A stretch of 64,000 nt of DNA from Candidatus Dormiibacterota bacterium (GTDB lineage: Bacteria > Chloroflexota > Dormibacteria > Aeolococcales > Aeolococcaceae), in the NCBI GenBank assembly GCA_963718525.1, contig OY970355.1:2400001-2464000 (forward strand), written 5' to 3'. Positions 51,535-62,205 of the stretch are shown here, one piece after another (position 1 is the first letter of the stretch; each line of letters begins with the position of its first letter). A program made the translations under genes and the position numbers. The notes beneath the pieces are model-generated. The model was not told the DNA's origin and searched no databases. It saw nothing but the letters and a program-made list of their open reading frames with translations.

Positions 51535-52572
51535 TCACCTCTCGGGTGATGTTCGGTTGGACCGACGAGGGTCGATGTGCAGCTTCGGTCCCTCGGAGGC
51601 ACCGGCGGGTCGCCATCCCGACAGGACGTCGCCGACGCGGTCGAGTCCCACCGTGGCGGCGACCAGCGTTCGGGGGTCGATCGAGCCGCGGGCGTAATGC
51701 TCGATGGTGCCGGCGAGGCCCTGCGAGGCGGCCAGAATTCCCACCGCGGTGACATCCTTCAGCACGACCGCGCGGGTGTCGATGCGGCTGGGCGTCCCCG
51801 CAAGCCCGAGGTAGACCACCCGTTTGCCGGGCTCGACCAGGTGGAGGGCGAGTGCCGGGAGCTCGGCCGCATTCGAGGCGTCGATCACGGCGTCCCACCG
51901 CAGCGCGGGAACCTCGTCCCGCTGCCAGACGCCGGCGAAACCCAGCCCGCGGGCGAACTCGAGGCTCGGGATGGATCGACCCATGAGGTGCACCTCGACG
52001 CCGGCGGCGCGGGCGAACTGCGCAGCGAGCAGCCCCATGGTCCCGGCGCCGAGCACCAGCACGCGGTCACCGGGTGCCAGCGACGCCGCCCGGACCGAAC
52101 GGAGTGCATTGCCACCGGGTTCGACCATCGCTCCTGCGCTGTCGTCGACGTTGGCGGGGAGCTCCAGCAGCGTGGAGACGGGTACGGCAAGCTGCTCCGC
52201 CAGCGCACCGGGGAAACCGCCGCGGATCCCGATCTCGGCTCTGTCCGCGCAGACGTTGTGGCGCCCGGACAGGCAGCGGTCGCACCGTCCACATCCGAGC
52301 ATCGTGTCTCCGGTGACCCGCCGTCCGAGCCAGGCTGCGTCGACTTCGGTTCCGAGCGCCGACACCACTCCGCACCACTCGTGCCCGAGTCGCAGCGGAT
52401 AGGCCGCATGGCCCTCGTGGAGGTAGGTCATCTCGCCGGTCCAGAACTCGACATCGGTGCCGCAGACACCAACCCGGTGGATGTCGACGATGACCTGCCC
52501 GGGTCCGGCGACGGGATCCGCGACCTCCTCAACCGCGCCCACGTGCGGCGCGCTGACCACGAAGGCCTTCAT
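51535..52572 (-). CDS. Zn-dependent (MDR) sugar/alcohol dehydrogenase
   Basis: GVCGTD, GHE, CGRCDRC..C, GAGTMG. Confidence 0.92.
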   Translation of the reverse strand: MKAFVVSAPHVGAVEEVADPVAGPGQVIVDIHRVGVCGTDVEFWTGEMTYLHEGHAAYPLRLGHEWCGVVSALGTEVDAAWLGRRVTGDTMLGCGRCDRCLSGRHNVCADRAEIGIRGGFPGALAEQLAVPVSTLLELPANVDDSAGAMVEPGGNALRSVRAASLAPGDRVLVLGAGTMGLLAAQFARAAGVEVHLMGRSIPSLEFARGLGFAGVWQRDEVPALRWDAVIDASNAAELPALALHLVEPGKRVVYLGLAGTPSRIDTRAVVLKDVTAVGILAASQGLAGTIEHYARGSIDPRTLVAATVGLDRVGDVLSGWRPAGASEGPKLHIDPRRSNRTSPER

Positions 52573-53474
52573 GAGCGCTTCCTGCTCGCCGGGGCGACGG
52601 TGCCTGCCCAGGGATGAACCGCGAGCCCACGCACGCCCACGTCCGCGATGAAGAGCCGGCCCGAGTCGGGAAAGCGCGTGAGCTGCGCCTCAGACAGCTC
52701 GTCCGACGCCGTGGTGATCATGAGCAGGTCGAGGCCCGCGCCAACGAACGCGACGCTCGTGGTATTCGGCGCGGTCACGTCGACGACCGCTCGCTGCTCC
52801 CCGGCCGCGGAGTAGCAGCGAACCTCGCCGGCCCCCCACATGGCAATCCACAGGTTGCCCTCCGAATCTGCGCACAGGCCGTCCGGCGTGCCGTCGAGGC
52901 GGAGAAATTCGCGGCGGCGGCCGATCCCACCGTTCTGCGCCTCGTAATCGCGAATCCAGACAATCCCGGCCGTGGTGTCGACGCTGTAGAGCTGATCACC
53001 TGCCGGCGTGAATGCGAGGCCGTTGGAGAGCCCCAGGTCGTTGTCGATCACCAGGATCGTGCCGTCATCCTCGACGCGAACAAGGACCTCCTGCCGGAGA
53101 CGATCGTGAAGCGCAAGGCTGCCGACCAGGAAACGCCCGGCGGGATCGCATGTTCCGTCGTTGAGGCGGCTGGCCCGGTCGCCGGCGAGGATCTGCGCGC
53201 CGCTGCTCACGAGGCCCTCCGGCGAGACCGTGTGGAGCTCGCGCGCGCCGGCGACGAGGAGCTCGCCATGCACCGAGCTCACCACGGCGCCCACCGTGCC
53301 GGCGAACGCCAGCACCGACTGGTGGACGACCCTCGGCCCGGCGAGCCTGCCGCTGTGCACCTCGCCTGCGTTGATATCGACCCAGAGCACCCTGTCCCGT
53401 TCGGCGTCCCAGAGCGGTCCCTCGCCAAGGCTGTAGCGGTCGTCGGAGGCCGGGATCGCGCGAAATCGATTCAC
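52569..53474 (-). CDS. SMP-30/gluconolactonase family protein
   Basis: LGEGPLWD, RLNDG, SNGL, PDGLCAD; start uncertain. Confidence 0.92.
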   Translation of the reverse strand: MNRFRAIPASDDRYSLGEGPLWDAERDRVLWVDINAGEVHSGRLAGPRVVHQSVLAFAGTVGAVVSSVHGELLVAGARELHTVSPEGLVSSGAQILAGDRASRLNDGTCDPAGRFLVGSLALHDRLRQEVLVRVEDDGTILVIDNDLGLSNGLAFTPAGDQLYSVDTTAGIVWIRDYEAQNGGIGRRREFLRLDGTPDGLCADSEGNLWIAMWGAGEVRCYSAAGEQRAVVDVTAPNTTSVAFVGAGLDLLMITTASDELSEAQLTRFPDSGRLFIADVGVRGLAVHPWAGTVAPASRKRS

Positions 53475-53581
53475 GAGATGACCCGTGTGCGCCGGTCGGA
53501 GCGACGCCATGCCATCAGCGCTCGACAATATAGGGCCTCGTTCGAGGCCAAGGTTCGACGAAGTCGAAAAGGTGGGCAGCT

Positions 53582-55297
53582 GTGGCAGAGCAACGGAGCG
53601 CGCAGTGGTACGGGGGCACCGACCGCAACGCGTACATCCACCGGGCATGGATGCGTCGCGGTCTTCCTGCCCACGCCTTCGACGGCCGCCCGCACATCGC
53701 GATCGCCAACACGGCGTCCGACCTGACCCCCTGCAACGCGCACCTCAACGAGGTCGCCGAGAGCGTCAAGCACGGCGTCTTCGAGGCAGGCGGCATCCCG
53801 TTGAACCTGCCGGTGGTCTCCCTCGGGGAGACGCTGGTCCGGCCCACCGCGATGCTCTGGCGAAACATGGCGGCGATGGCCATCGAGGAGATGCTTCGCG
53901 CCAACCCGATCGACGGCGTGGTCCTGCTCGGCGGCTGCGACAAGACCATCCCCGCGCTCCTGATGGCCGCGGCGTCGGTCGATCTGCCCGCGGTGGTCAT
54001 CCCCGGCGGCCCGATGCTGACCGGCACGTTCCGCGGCCGGCCACTCGGCTGCGGCACCGATGTCTGGCGGCTGTCGGAAGAGGTCCGGGCGGGCACGCTG
54101 TCCGAAGCCGAGTTCATCGAGTCCGAGTCCTCGATGATTCGCAGCCGCGGCCACTGCAACACCATGGGCACGGCTTCCACCATGGGACTGCTCGCTGAGA
54201 CGCTCGGGATGGTGTTGCCGGGCCTCGCGGGCATCCCCGCAGCAGACAGCCGCCTGCTCGAACACTCCCATGACACCGGCCGCCTCGCCGTCGAGATGGT
54301 GGCTGCGCGACGAACCCCGTCGAGCCTGCTCACTCGCGGTTCGTTCCTCAATGCCATCGTCGCGCTCGCGGCGATCGGCGGATCGACCAACGCCGTGGTC
54401 CACCTGCTTGCCATCGCGGGGCGCCTCGGCATCGACCTCACCCAGGACGACTTCGATACCGCCGGATCCGACGTCCCGCTGCTCGTCGACCTCCAGCCTT
54501 CGGGGCGCTTCCTGATGGAGGACTTCTTCCGCGCCGGTGGGCTCCGCGCCGTGCTCCGCGAGGTCGAGGATCTGCTCGATCCGCAGGCCCTGACGGTCAC
54601 GGGCACACCGCTCGTCGACGGTCTTGGATCTGCCGAGATCTGGGATCCCGCGGTCATCCATCGGCGAGACGATCCGCTGGAAGCCCACGCCGGCATCGCG
54701 GTTTTGCATGGCAATCTCGCCCCCGACGGTGCGGTGATCAAGCCCGCGGCGGCATCGCCACGTCTGTTGCGCCATCGCGGGCGAGCCGTGGTGTTCTCCT
54801 CGATCGAGGACATGCACGCACGCATCGACGACCCTGACCTGGACGTCGATGCGAATAGCGTCCTGATCATGCGTGGCTGCGGCCCCAGGGGCTATCCAGG
54901 AATGCCGGAGGTGGCCAACATGCCCCTGCCGGCCAAACTCCTGCGCCAGGGCGTGCGCGATATGGTTCGTGTCTGTGACGGCCGAATGAGTGGGACCGCG
55001 TATGGCACCGTGGTGCTCCATGTCGCACCCGAGGCGGCTGCCGGCGGTCCGCTCGCGCTGGTGCGAACCGGGGACTTCGTGATCCTCGATGTCGCTGCCC
55101 GGCAACTCGATATCGATATTCCGGCGGAGGAACTGGCTTCACGGTCCCCGGATCCAGCGACCGTCAGTGCCTACGCGCAACCAACACGTGGCTGGGAGCG
55201 GCTCTATGTTGAGACCGTTCAGCAGGCCAACACCGGAGCGGACCTCGACTTCCTGGTCGGATCCAGCGGCGACAGAGTCTCACGCGAATCCCACTGA
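53582..55297 (+). CDS. IlvD/Edd family sugar-acid dehydratase (L-arabonate dehydratase-like)
   Basis: DLTPCNAHL, GCDKT, HCNTMGTAS, GGSTN, DGRMSGT, HVAPEA, C-terminal SRESH. Confidence 0.92.
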   Translation: MAEQRSAQWYGGTDRNAYIHRAWMRRGLPAHAFDGRPHIAIANTASDLTPCNAHLNEVAESVKHGVFEAGGIPLNLPVVSLGETLVRPTAMLWRNMAAMAIEEMLRANPIDGVVLLGGCDKTIPALLMAAASVDLPAVVIPGGPMLTGTFRGRPLGCGTDVWRLSEEVRAGTLSEAEFIESESSMIRSRGHCNTMGTASTMGLLAETLGMVLPGLAGIPAADSRLLEHSHDTGRLAVEMVAARRTPSSLLTRGSFLNAIVALAAIGGSTNAVVHLLAIAGRLGIDLTQDDFDTAGSDVPLLVDLQPSGRFLMEDFFRAGGLRAVLREVEDLLDPQALTVTGTPLVDGLGSAEIWDPAVIHRRDDPLEAHAGIAVLHGNLAPDGAVIKPAAASPRLLRHRGRAVVFSSIEDMHARIDDPDLDVDANSVLIMRGCGPRGYPGMPEVANMPLPAKLLRQGVRDMVRVCDGRMSGTAYGTVVLHVAPEAAAGGPLALVRTGDFVILDVAARQLDIDIPAEELASRSPDPATVSAYAQPTRGWERLYVETVQQANTGADLDFLVGSSGDRVSRESH

Positions 55298-55316
55298 TCA
55301 GAGGAACAAGAACGCA

Positions 55317-56324
55317 ATGCCAGAACCCATTGCCCATGGACGTCCGATTCGCTGGGGAATCCTCGGCGCCGGCGGCATCGCCGACACGGTGAGCGGCGAC
55401 ATCAACCTGACCGAAGGCAACGTCGTCACCGCTGTTGGCGCCCGTCATGCCGATCGTGCCGCGCGCTTCGCAGCCAAGCACGGTGCGACTCGGAGCTACG
55501 GCGATTACCACTCGCTCGTCAACGATGACGAGGTCGATGTGGTGTATGTCACCACGACGCACCCGCACCACCGTGCGCACGCGCTGATGGCGATCAAGGC
55601 AGGCAAGGCGGTGCTCATCGAGAAGCCCGTCTGTCTCAACGCTCGCGATGCGCGCGAGGTCTTCGCCGCGGCGATACAGGCCGATGTGTTCTCGATGGAA
55701 GCCATGTGGACGCGGACCAACCCGCTGATCCGCAAGGCGCAGCAGCTGATCGCCGACGGCGCCATCGGCGAGGTGCGCGGGGTTCGAAATGAGTTCGGTC
55801 TCGGAAGGGCCTTCGACCCCATGGACCGGCTCTACGAGCTTGCCAACGGCGGCGGGGCGCTTCTCGATCTCGGGGTGTACCCGGCCACGTTCGCTTACCT
55901 GTTCCTCGGGCCGCCGGACACCGTCCACGCCGTGGGCACGCTCTCCCCCACCGGATCCGACGAGACGGTCGCCATGCAATGGATGTATGGCGATCATCCC
56001 GGTGCCCAGCTCTGGACGTCGGCGCTCATCCACGCTCCCAACGAAGCGGCCATTCTTGGCACAAAGGGCTGGATGTCATTCCTGCCCGAGGCGTACCGCC
56101 CCACCGGTCTCATCCTCCACAACGAGGCGGGCGAAGACCACACGCCCGACCCGCTCGCCGGCAACGGTCATGGCTACCAACCCGAGATCGAAGAGGTTGA
56201 GCGCTGCCTGCGAGCGGGAGTCCTGGAAAGCCCATTGATCCCGCACGCCGACACCATCGCGATCCTCGAAATTCTCGATGGCGCCCGGGCCGCGGTCGGC
56301 GTCGTCTATCCGGGCGAGCGATGA
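55317..56324 (+). CDS. Gfo/Idh/MocA family oxidoreductase
   Basis: WGILGAGGIA, EKP, MEAMWTR, GGGALLDLGVY. Confidence 0.92.
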   Translation: MPEPIAHGRPIRWGILGAGGIADTVSGDINLTEGNVVTAVGARHADRAARFAAKHGATRSYGDYHSLVNDDEVDVVYVTTTHPHHRAHALMAIKAGKAVLIEKPVCLNARDAREVFAAAIQADVFSMEAMWTRTNPLIRKAQQLIADGAIGEVRGVRNEFGLGRAFDPMDRLYELANGGGALLDLGVYPATFAYLFLGPPDTVHAVGTLSPTGSDETVAMQWMYGDHPGAQLWTSALIHAPNEAAILGTKGWMSFLPEAYRPTGLILHNEAGEDHTPDPLAGNGHGYQPEIEEVERCLRAGVLESPLIPHADTIAILEILDGARAAVGVVYPGER

Positions 56325-57403
56325 TCGTCGAGTCCGCGACCCCGCCGCCCGTTCACGTCGACAGCGGTCCGATGCGCCCCGTACGGTTCGGCATGGTCGG
56401 TTACGGGTTTGGCGGCCGGTACTTCCATACCCCGCTGATCGTCGCGGCCCCCGAGTGCGATCTCATCGGAGTTATGACGTCGTCACCGGAACGCCAGGCG
56501 CTGGTTGCTCGTGAAGTGCCGGGCGCACGCACCTACGGATCGCTCGCCGAGCTCGTCGATGCCGGTGTCGAGGCTGTGGCCATCTCGACGCCGGCCGACA
56601 CCCACTCCAGCGTCACCGAGGAGGCGCTCAACCTCGGTCTCGCCGTCGTGTGCGACAAACCGTTTGCGCTCAATCCGGACGCCGCGCGGCACACCGTCGC
56701 ACTGGCAGACGAGCGCGGCCGGGTGTTGAGCCCATATCAGAACCGACGCTGGGATTCGGATTTCCGCACCGTTCGCAAGCTCGTTGCGGAGGGGGCACTC
56801 GGCACGGTGACACGGCTGGAGTTGCGGTTCGAACGCTGGGCTCCGGAGCGGGGACCAGGCCGCTCCGGCGGCGGCACCCTGCTCGACTTCGGAAGTCACC
56901 TCATGGACCAGGCGCTGGTCCTGCTCGGTCCAGCGGCCTCGGTGTACGCGGAATGGCGCATCCGCGAGTCCGGTCTCGAGGACGACGTCTTCGTTGCGGT
57001 GACGCATGCGAGCGGTGCCCGCTCGCAGCTCTGGGGAAGCTGGACCCAATCTGCGCCGGGTCCTCGATATCGAGTCACCGGGACGGCGGCGACCTTCGTG
57101 CTCGGCCCTGCCGACACCCAGGAACTTCTCCTGCTCGCCGGCCAAACGCCCGCGACCCTGGGTGAGCGATGGGGCGTCGAGCCGCCCGAGAGCCACGGCA
57201 CCCTCCACACGGGCACGGCGTCCACTGGCTATGCAACCGAGCGGGGCAGGTGGGATCTGTTCTACCCGACCTTCGCGAGAGCCGTCCGGGGCCTGAACGC
57301 CCCGCCTGTAGATGCCCACGACGCCGTCGCCACCGCGACCGCGCTCGAGGCCGCGCGGGTCAGCGCGTCCACAGGTGCCGTGGTGCCCGTACCCCAGCCG
57401 TGA
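56321..57403 (+). CDS. Gfo/Idh/MocA family oxidoreductase
   Basis: VGYGFGG..FH, DKPF, YQNRRWDSDF, LLDFGSHLMDQ. Confidence 0.92.
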   Translation: MIVESATPPPVHVDSGPMRPVRFGMVGYGFGGRYFHTPLIVAAPECDLIGVMTSSPERQALVAREVPGARTYGSLAELVDAGVEAVAISTPADTHSSVTEEALNLGLAVVCDKPFALNPDAARHTVALADERGRVLSPYQNRRWDSDFRTVRKLVAEGALGTVTRLELRFERWAPERGPGRSGGGTLLDFGSHLMDQALVLLGPAASVYAEWRIRESGLEDDVFVAVTHASGARSQLWGSWTQSAPGPRYRVTGTAATFVLGPADTQELLLLAGQTPATLGERWGVEPPESHGTLHTGTASTGYATERGRWDLFYPTFARAVRGLNAPPVDAHDAVATATALEAARVSASTGAVVPVPQP

Positions 57404-57894
57404 ACGACGTCGACTCTCAGCAACTTGCGGCGCTGCTCGCGGAAGAGCAGCGCCTCGTCTTTTCCACCTTCGACCTGGACACCTCGTGGCAGCTCGGGTC
57501 CCTTCTCCGCGCCGAGGCGCTGCGGGCGGCACTCCCGATCGCGATGTCGATTCGGCGAAACGGTCAGTGCCTGTTCCATGCGGCACTCCCCGGATCCTCG
57601 GCCGACAACGACGGATGGCTGCTGCGCAAAGGCGCCGTCGTGGAGCGGTACGGCCACTCGTCGTACTTCGTCGGCTGCAAATTCCGCGCCGAGGGCCGCG
57701 ACTTCGACGTCGATTCGCGGCTGGACAATGCGTATTTCGCCGCCCACGGCGGAGCCTTTCCCATCCTCCTCGGGGCGAGCGGCTGCATCGGCACGGTCGC
57801 GGTATCAGGACTGCCGCAGCTCGAGGATCACCGTTTCGTGGTGACGCACCTCGAGCGATTTCTGGTCGACAGCGGACAGATCTCCGCTCGCTAG
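57400..57894 (+). CDS. Heme-degrading domain / UPF0303 family protein
   Basis: GTG 57400; PGSSADNDGWLLRK, HSSY, AAHGGAFP, VSGLPQLEDH. Confidence 0.85.
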   Translation: MNDVDSQQLAALLAEEQRLVFSTFDLDTSWQLGSLLRAEALRAALPIAMSIRRNGQCLFHAALPGSSADNDGWLLRKGAVVERYGHSSYFVGCKFRAEGRDFDVDSRLDNAYFAAHGGAFPILLGASGCIGTVAVSGLPQLEDHRFVVTHLERFLVDSGQISAR

Positions 57895-57902
57895 GATCCT
57901 GT

Positions 57903-60900
57903 TCAGGCGGGAATCGATCGCTCCTGGGGCGTCGCTGCCCGTCTGGCCGCTGCGGCGGCGCGCTCGACCCACGGAGCGGCGCGCAGCTGCTCGAATGTTG
58001 CGAGCGCGGGAGCGAGAAGTCCGCGCGCCTCAGCCTCGCGGCCTTGCTCAATCAGCGACTCGGCGTGCTCGAGACGAGTGACCGCAATCCAGAACGGCCG
58101 GCTCAGCAGGGCGAATGCTTCGCCCGCACTCCGAAACAGCGCATCCGCTGCGTCGTGGTCGTCGCGCTCCGTGGCCAGACGTGCTTCCCAGCGCGCCACG
58201 TGCGCATCGATGGACGGCTGCCGTCCTGGACCGACATTGGCCCGGAAGTACTCAATGATCTCCTCCACTTTGGCAAGATGGCCCAGAGCGAACGCCGCGT
58301 CGACCGCTTCGATCAAGGCCAGGCGGAACGTCGCGAGATCGCGGACGAGGCTGCTCTTGAGCACCCGCTCGGCAAGCGCCAGTGCGGCCGCGTGATCGCC
58401 GTCAGCGTTCATCACCGCCGCCTGGGCACAATCCCGCAGGTCGAGAAGGTCCGGCCGAAGCTCCTTGCGAACGTACTGCGAGACGATCTGGTGGGCGGTG
58501 GCGGGGTCACCGCGTCTCGCGTACAGCCAGACGGATCCGACGACCAACTCGCTCAGATCCCAGTCGACCCCCAGTTCGGGCATCTCCACCTCGATGTACT
58601 GACGATGGATCGCCTCCGCCTCATCCCAGCGGCCGAGCTCGATGAGCCCCGCGATCCGATTCAACCGCGAGCCCACCAGCGCAAGTCGGTCGCCGAGCCG
58701 CTGCTGGAGCTCCTCCGATTGCTCGTAGGCCGTGAGTGAGCGCTCCACCAGGTCGACTTCCTCAAGGACCGTCGCGAGGCTCATGTATCCATACGCGGCC
58801 CGGTCGATCACGTCGTGGTCGACCGCGACCTTGAGCGCCATGGTGATCAGCGCTTCCCCCTCCACGCGCCGCCCGAGCGTGACGAAGATTCCGCCTTTGG
58901 TATCCAGCCCTGACACCAGCACGCTCCAGAGTTGCCCACGCTCCGCCAGCCTGAGGCAGCGTTCGACGTGCTCGAGTGCGCCCTCGGGATCGAGAGCGAA
59001 GAGGAGGCTGCGCGCCAGACGCATCTCGAATTGCGCCGTCAGAGCAGTGGTCTCCTCGTCGGCCGGAGCACCGGCCAGCAGGGTGAGGGCTTCGTCGAAG
59101 TGTTGGCGAGAGAGGTCGCGCTGTCCTAAACGGACTTCGACGGAAGCGAGCTCACCCAGCGCCTCGGCTTGGCGCAGCGTCTGTCCGGCTGCAAGGTACA
59201 GATCACGGGCAGTCTCGAGGTGGATTCGCGCCCGTTCTCGCTGGCCGAGGAGCCTGGCCGCCACCCCAGCCTGCAGGTGGAGATCCGCGCGAGACTCGTC
59301 GTCCGCCAGTTCCAGCGCGCGCTCGTAGTAGCGGCAGGCGGACTCGGGAGCGCCGAGCGAGTTGGCGTGCGCGGCAGCTCGGCCCAGCGCCTGTCGCGCG
59401 CGGGCGCCGATCTCCGTGGCATCGGGCGCGTTCGGATCGGCCTCGTACGCTTCCAGCAAGTGGGAGGCGACGACCTCCGCGATGTCGTCCTCGTCACCCC
59501 AGGAGCTGGTCATGTAGTCGGCGACGGCGAGGTGCCGCAGCTTGCGTTCGCGACGCGCCAGGGTCCCGTAGGCGACCGTGCGGACGAGGTCCTGGACGAA
59601 GATGTATTGACCTCGTTCCGGCGAACGCGGATCCGACTGGATCGCCAAGAGGTCCTTGCCTGCGAGCGCGCGAAGTCGCGGTTCAACCTCTTCGGCGGGC
59701 AGCCCGATGATTGCCGCAAGCGCAGCAGGGGTGAAGGATTTGCCGAGAACCGCCGCGTCCTGAACGAGCTGACGTTCGCCAATGCTCAAGCTGTCCAGCC
59801 GCGCCGCGATCAGTGCATGCAGGCTCTCGGGCACTTCGAGCTCCTGCAACGGTCCGACGGCGCGGTAGACGCCATCCCGCTCAACCACCAGGCCGCGGTC
59901 GAGCAGCATCCGCACCGTCTCCATGGCGTAGAGCGGGATCCCGGCCGCGCGTTCCTTCACGCGGGTCGCAAGCTCGCGCGGCAAACCTGGGACGAGCCCC
60001 TCGAGCAACTCGGTCATGGCGTCATCCGACAGAGGTTCGAGGTAGAGCGACGTGAACGCTCGCTTACCGGTCCCCCATCCGGGACGGCGTTCGGCAAGCT
60101 CCGGCCGGGAGAGCGTCAGGACCAGGATCGGCGACGATCGCGACCAATCGAGCAGATAATCGATGAAGTCGAACAGACCGGGGTCCGCCCACTGCAGGTC
60201 TCCGAAGAGCAGGACGGTCAGCCCCTCGGTGGCAAGACGTTCGAAGAACACGCGCCAGGCCGCGTACAGGTCGCGGGGATCGCTCGACGCAAGCTCCTCG
60301 AGCCCAAGGAGGTGGGCCAGGCGGGGCACCACCCACTGACGCTCGGTTGCGTCAGGCAGGAAGCTCTGCACGCACGTGTGGAGCTTCTGGCGAGCGCTGT
60401 CGGCTGGTTCATTCTCGGCAATGCCGGCGCGCATTCGGACCATCTCCGCCAGCGCCGAATACGCGACGCCTTCGCCGTAGCTCAGGCAGCGGCCGCGATG
60501 CCACCAGATGCCCTCGCTGAGCCCATCCACGTATTTCTCGAATTCCCATGCGAGCCGTGACTTGCCGACCCCGCCGACGCCGACGATCGACAGCAATCGG
60601 GCCTTGCCCTCCTCCGAGGTCGCATGCAGGAGCTCCTTGAGCACGCGGAGTTCGCGGTCGCGTCCGACGAATGGCGCCTCGAGCCCGGTCGGCCGGAGTG
60701 CGCCCCCTCTCGCGGCAACCACGCCCGTGGCGCGCCAAAGCCGTACCGGCTCGGGTTTGCCCTTGAGCTCGTGCTGCCCCGCGTCCTCGTAGCCGATGGC
60801 TGCTGTCGTCGCTCGCCAGGTGGCTTCGCCGACGAGGACGGTGCCCGGCAGCGCGGCACTCTGGACTCGCGATGCCATATTGACCATGTCGCCGGCGACC

Positions 60901-61484
60901 ATCCCTTCGCCGGTGACGCCGAGATTCACGGCTGCTTCGCCGGTCAGCACTCCCGCTCGGGCCTGCAGACCCGGGACGCCGACAGTCTCGCCGAATGCAC
61001 TCACCGCATCGACCAGCTCCAGCGCCGCGCGAACCGCGCGCTCGGCGTCGTCCTCCTGGGAGACGGGAACTCCCCAGACGGCCATCACGGCATCCCCGAT
61101 GAATTTCTCGATCGCGCCGCCATAGCGGCCGATGACGGTGCGTGCGGTGGCGAAGTACTGGCTCAGCAGCTCACGCACGTCCTCGGCGTCCCGCTGCCCC
61201 GACAGGACCGAGAATCCGACGAGGTCGGCGAACAGGACGCTGACGTGGCGGCGCTCCGAAGAAGGGAGCGCTGCGTCGGCCGGCCGCATCTGCTGAGCCG
61301 GGGTCGTCTGGGACCGGGTCTGTTCCCCGCTACCCGCACGCAGGTCCGAGCCACACTCTCCGCAGAATGAGTCGGCGGCACCGACCGAGCGTCCGCAGGA
61401 TGGGCAGGCTCTCGCGAGCGGGCTGCCGCAGTTGATGCAGAACCGCTTAGCCTGATTCTCGACCCCGCAGCTTGGGCAGATCAC
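57903..61484 (-). CDS. Zinc-ribbon + class III adenylate/guanylate cyclase + AAA NTPase + TPR-like protein
   Basis: Four CxxC pairs; FADLVGF, KFIGDAV, NMASRVQ; Walker A GVGGVGKS; helical C-terminus. Confidence 0.92.
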   Translation of the reverse strand: MICPSCGVENQAKRFCINCGSPLARACPSCGRSVGAADSFCGECGSDLRAGSGEQTRSQTTPAQQMRPADAALPSSERRHVSVLFADLVGFSVLSGQRDAEDVRELLSQYFATARTVIGRYGGAIEKFIGDAVMAVWGVPVSQEDDAERAVRAALELVDAVSAFGETVGVPGLQARAGVLTGEAAVNLGVTGEGMVAGDMVNMASRVQSAALPGTVLVGEATWRATTAAIGYEDAGQHELKGKPEPVRLWRATGVVAARGGALRPTGLEAPFVGRDRELRVLKELLHATSEEGKARLLSIVGVGGVGKSRLAWEFEKYVDGLSEGIWWHRGRCLSYGEGVAYSALAEMVRMRAGIAENEPADSARQKLHTCVQSFLPDATERQWVVPRLAHLLGLEELASSDPRDLYAAWRVFFERLATEGLTVLLFGDLQWADPGLFDFIDYLLDWSRSSPILVLTLSRPELAERRPGWGTGKRAFTSLYLEPLSDDAMTELLEGLVPGLPRELATRVKERAAGIPLYAMETVRMLLDRGLVVERDGVYRAVGPLQELEVPESLHALIAARLDSLSIGERQLVQDAAVLGKSFTPAALAAIIGLPAEEVEPRLRALAGKDLLAIQSDPRSPERGQYIFVQDLVRTVAYGTLARRERKLRHLAVADYMTSSWGDEDDIAEVVASHLLEAYEADPNAPDATEIGARARQALGRAAAHANSLGAPESACRYYERALELADDESRADLHLQAGVAARLLGQRERARIHLETARDLYLAAGQTLRQAEALGELASVEVRLGQRDLSRQHFDEALTLLAGAPADEETTALTAQFEMRLARSLLFALDPEGALEHVERCLRLAERGQLWSVLVSGLDTKGGIFVTLGRRVEGEALITMALKVAVDHDVIDRAAYGYMSLATVLEEVDLVERSLTAYEQSEELQQRLGDRLALVGSRLNRIAGLIELGRWDEAEAIHRQYIEVEMPELGVDWDLSELVVGSVWLYARRGDPATAHQIVSQYVRKELRPDLLDLRDCAQAAVMNADGDHAAALALAERVLKSSLVRDLATFRLALIEAVDAAFALGHLAKVEEIIEYFRANVGPGRQPSIDAHVARWEARLATERDDHDAADALFRSAGEAFALLSRPFWIAVTRLEHAESLIEQGREAEARGLLAPALATFEQLRAAPWVERAAAAARRAATPQERSIPA

Positions 61485-61671
61485 ATCGCAAGCGTACGTG
61501 GCGGCCCCGCAGACTGTCATCCCGATCGACGCCATCAGAGTCCGTCTGAGCTACTCCGACATGGCTCCTAACGGCTGCGGTGACTCAGCTTCACGAATGG
61601 CCGACGATCAAAGACGAGTCTCACCGAGCACGCGACGCACTGGGTTGCGCCCCACGATGCACCCTGTCAGA

Positions 61672-62094
61672 TCAATTGCGCGCTGGCAGGACGAGCACTG
61701 GGCACGGTGCGAGCCGCGGCATCCTCTGCCCGACGCTGTCCGTAACGAGACCGACCAGGCGGCCGTGCCGGCTGGCGCCGGTCACGATCAGGTCTGCCCG
61801 GCATTCCCTCGCGACCTCCGCAAGTGCCGGCGCAGTCTCACCGTATGTGGTCTGGACCTTGAGCTCAGCGTCCACGCCCGCCAGCTTCAGATCGGCGACC
61901 TGATGACGTACCTTCGTCTGCAGCACGTCCTCGTCGGCGGCGACTGGAAAAATGCCGCCGCGCACGGCCATCATCTTGTTGATGTGTGCGACCACAATTC
62001 TGGTACGCCCGTCTCGCGCCAGAGACCGGGCTACGGCCACCACCCGATCGGCCGAATCAGATCCGTCCGAAGCCACCAGAATTGTTGTAAACAT
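61672..62094 (-). CDS. Universal stress protein
   Basis: MFTTILVASDGS, ADLIVTG, APCPVLV. Confidence 0.92.
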   Translation of the reverse strand: MFTTILVASDGSDSADRVVAVARSLARDGRTRIVVAHINKMMAVRGGIFPVAADEDVLQTKVRHQVADLKLAGVDAELKVQTTYGETAPALAEVARECRADLIVTGASRHGRLVGLVTDSVGQRMPRLAPCPVLVLPARN

Positions 62095-62205
62095 CGAGCC
62101 TCACCGTGTAGCGCGGGTTGTTCCGTATGCCAAATGTAGGCGCCGCATCATCAACATCGCATCAACGATTCAGGCTGAAGAAGGACGACGTGTGCCGGTG
62201 ACGTC

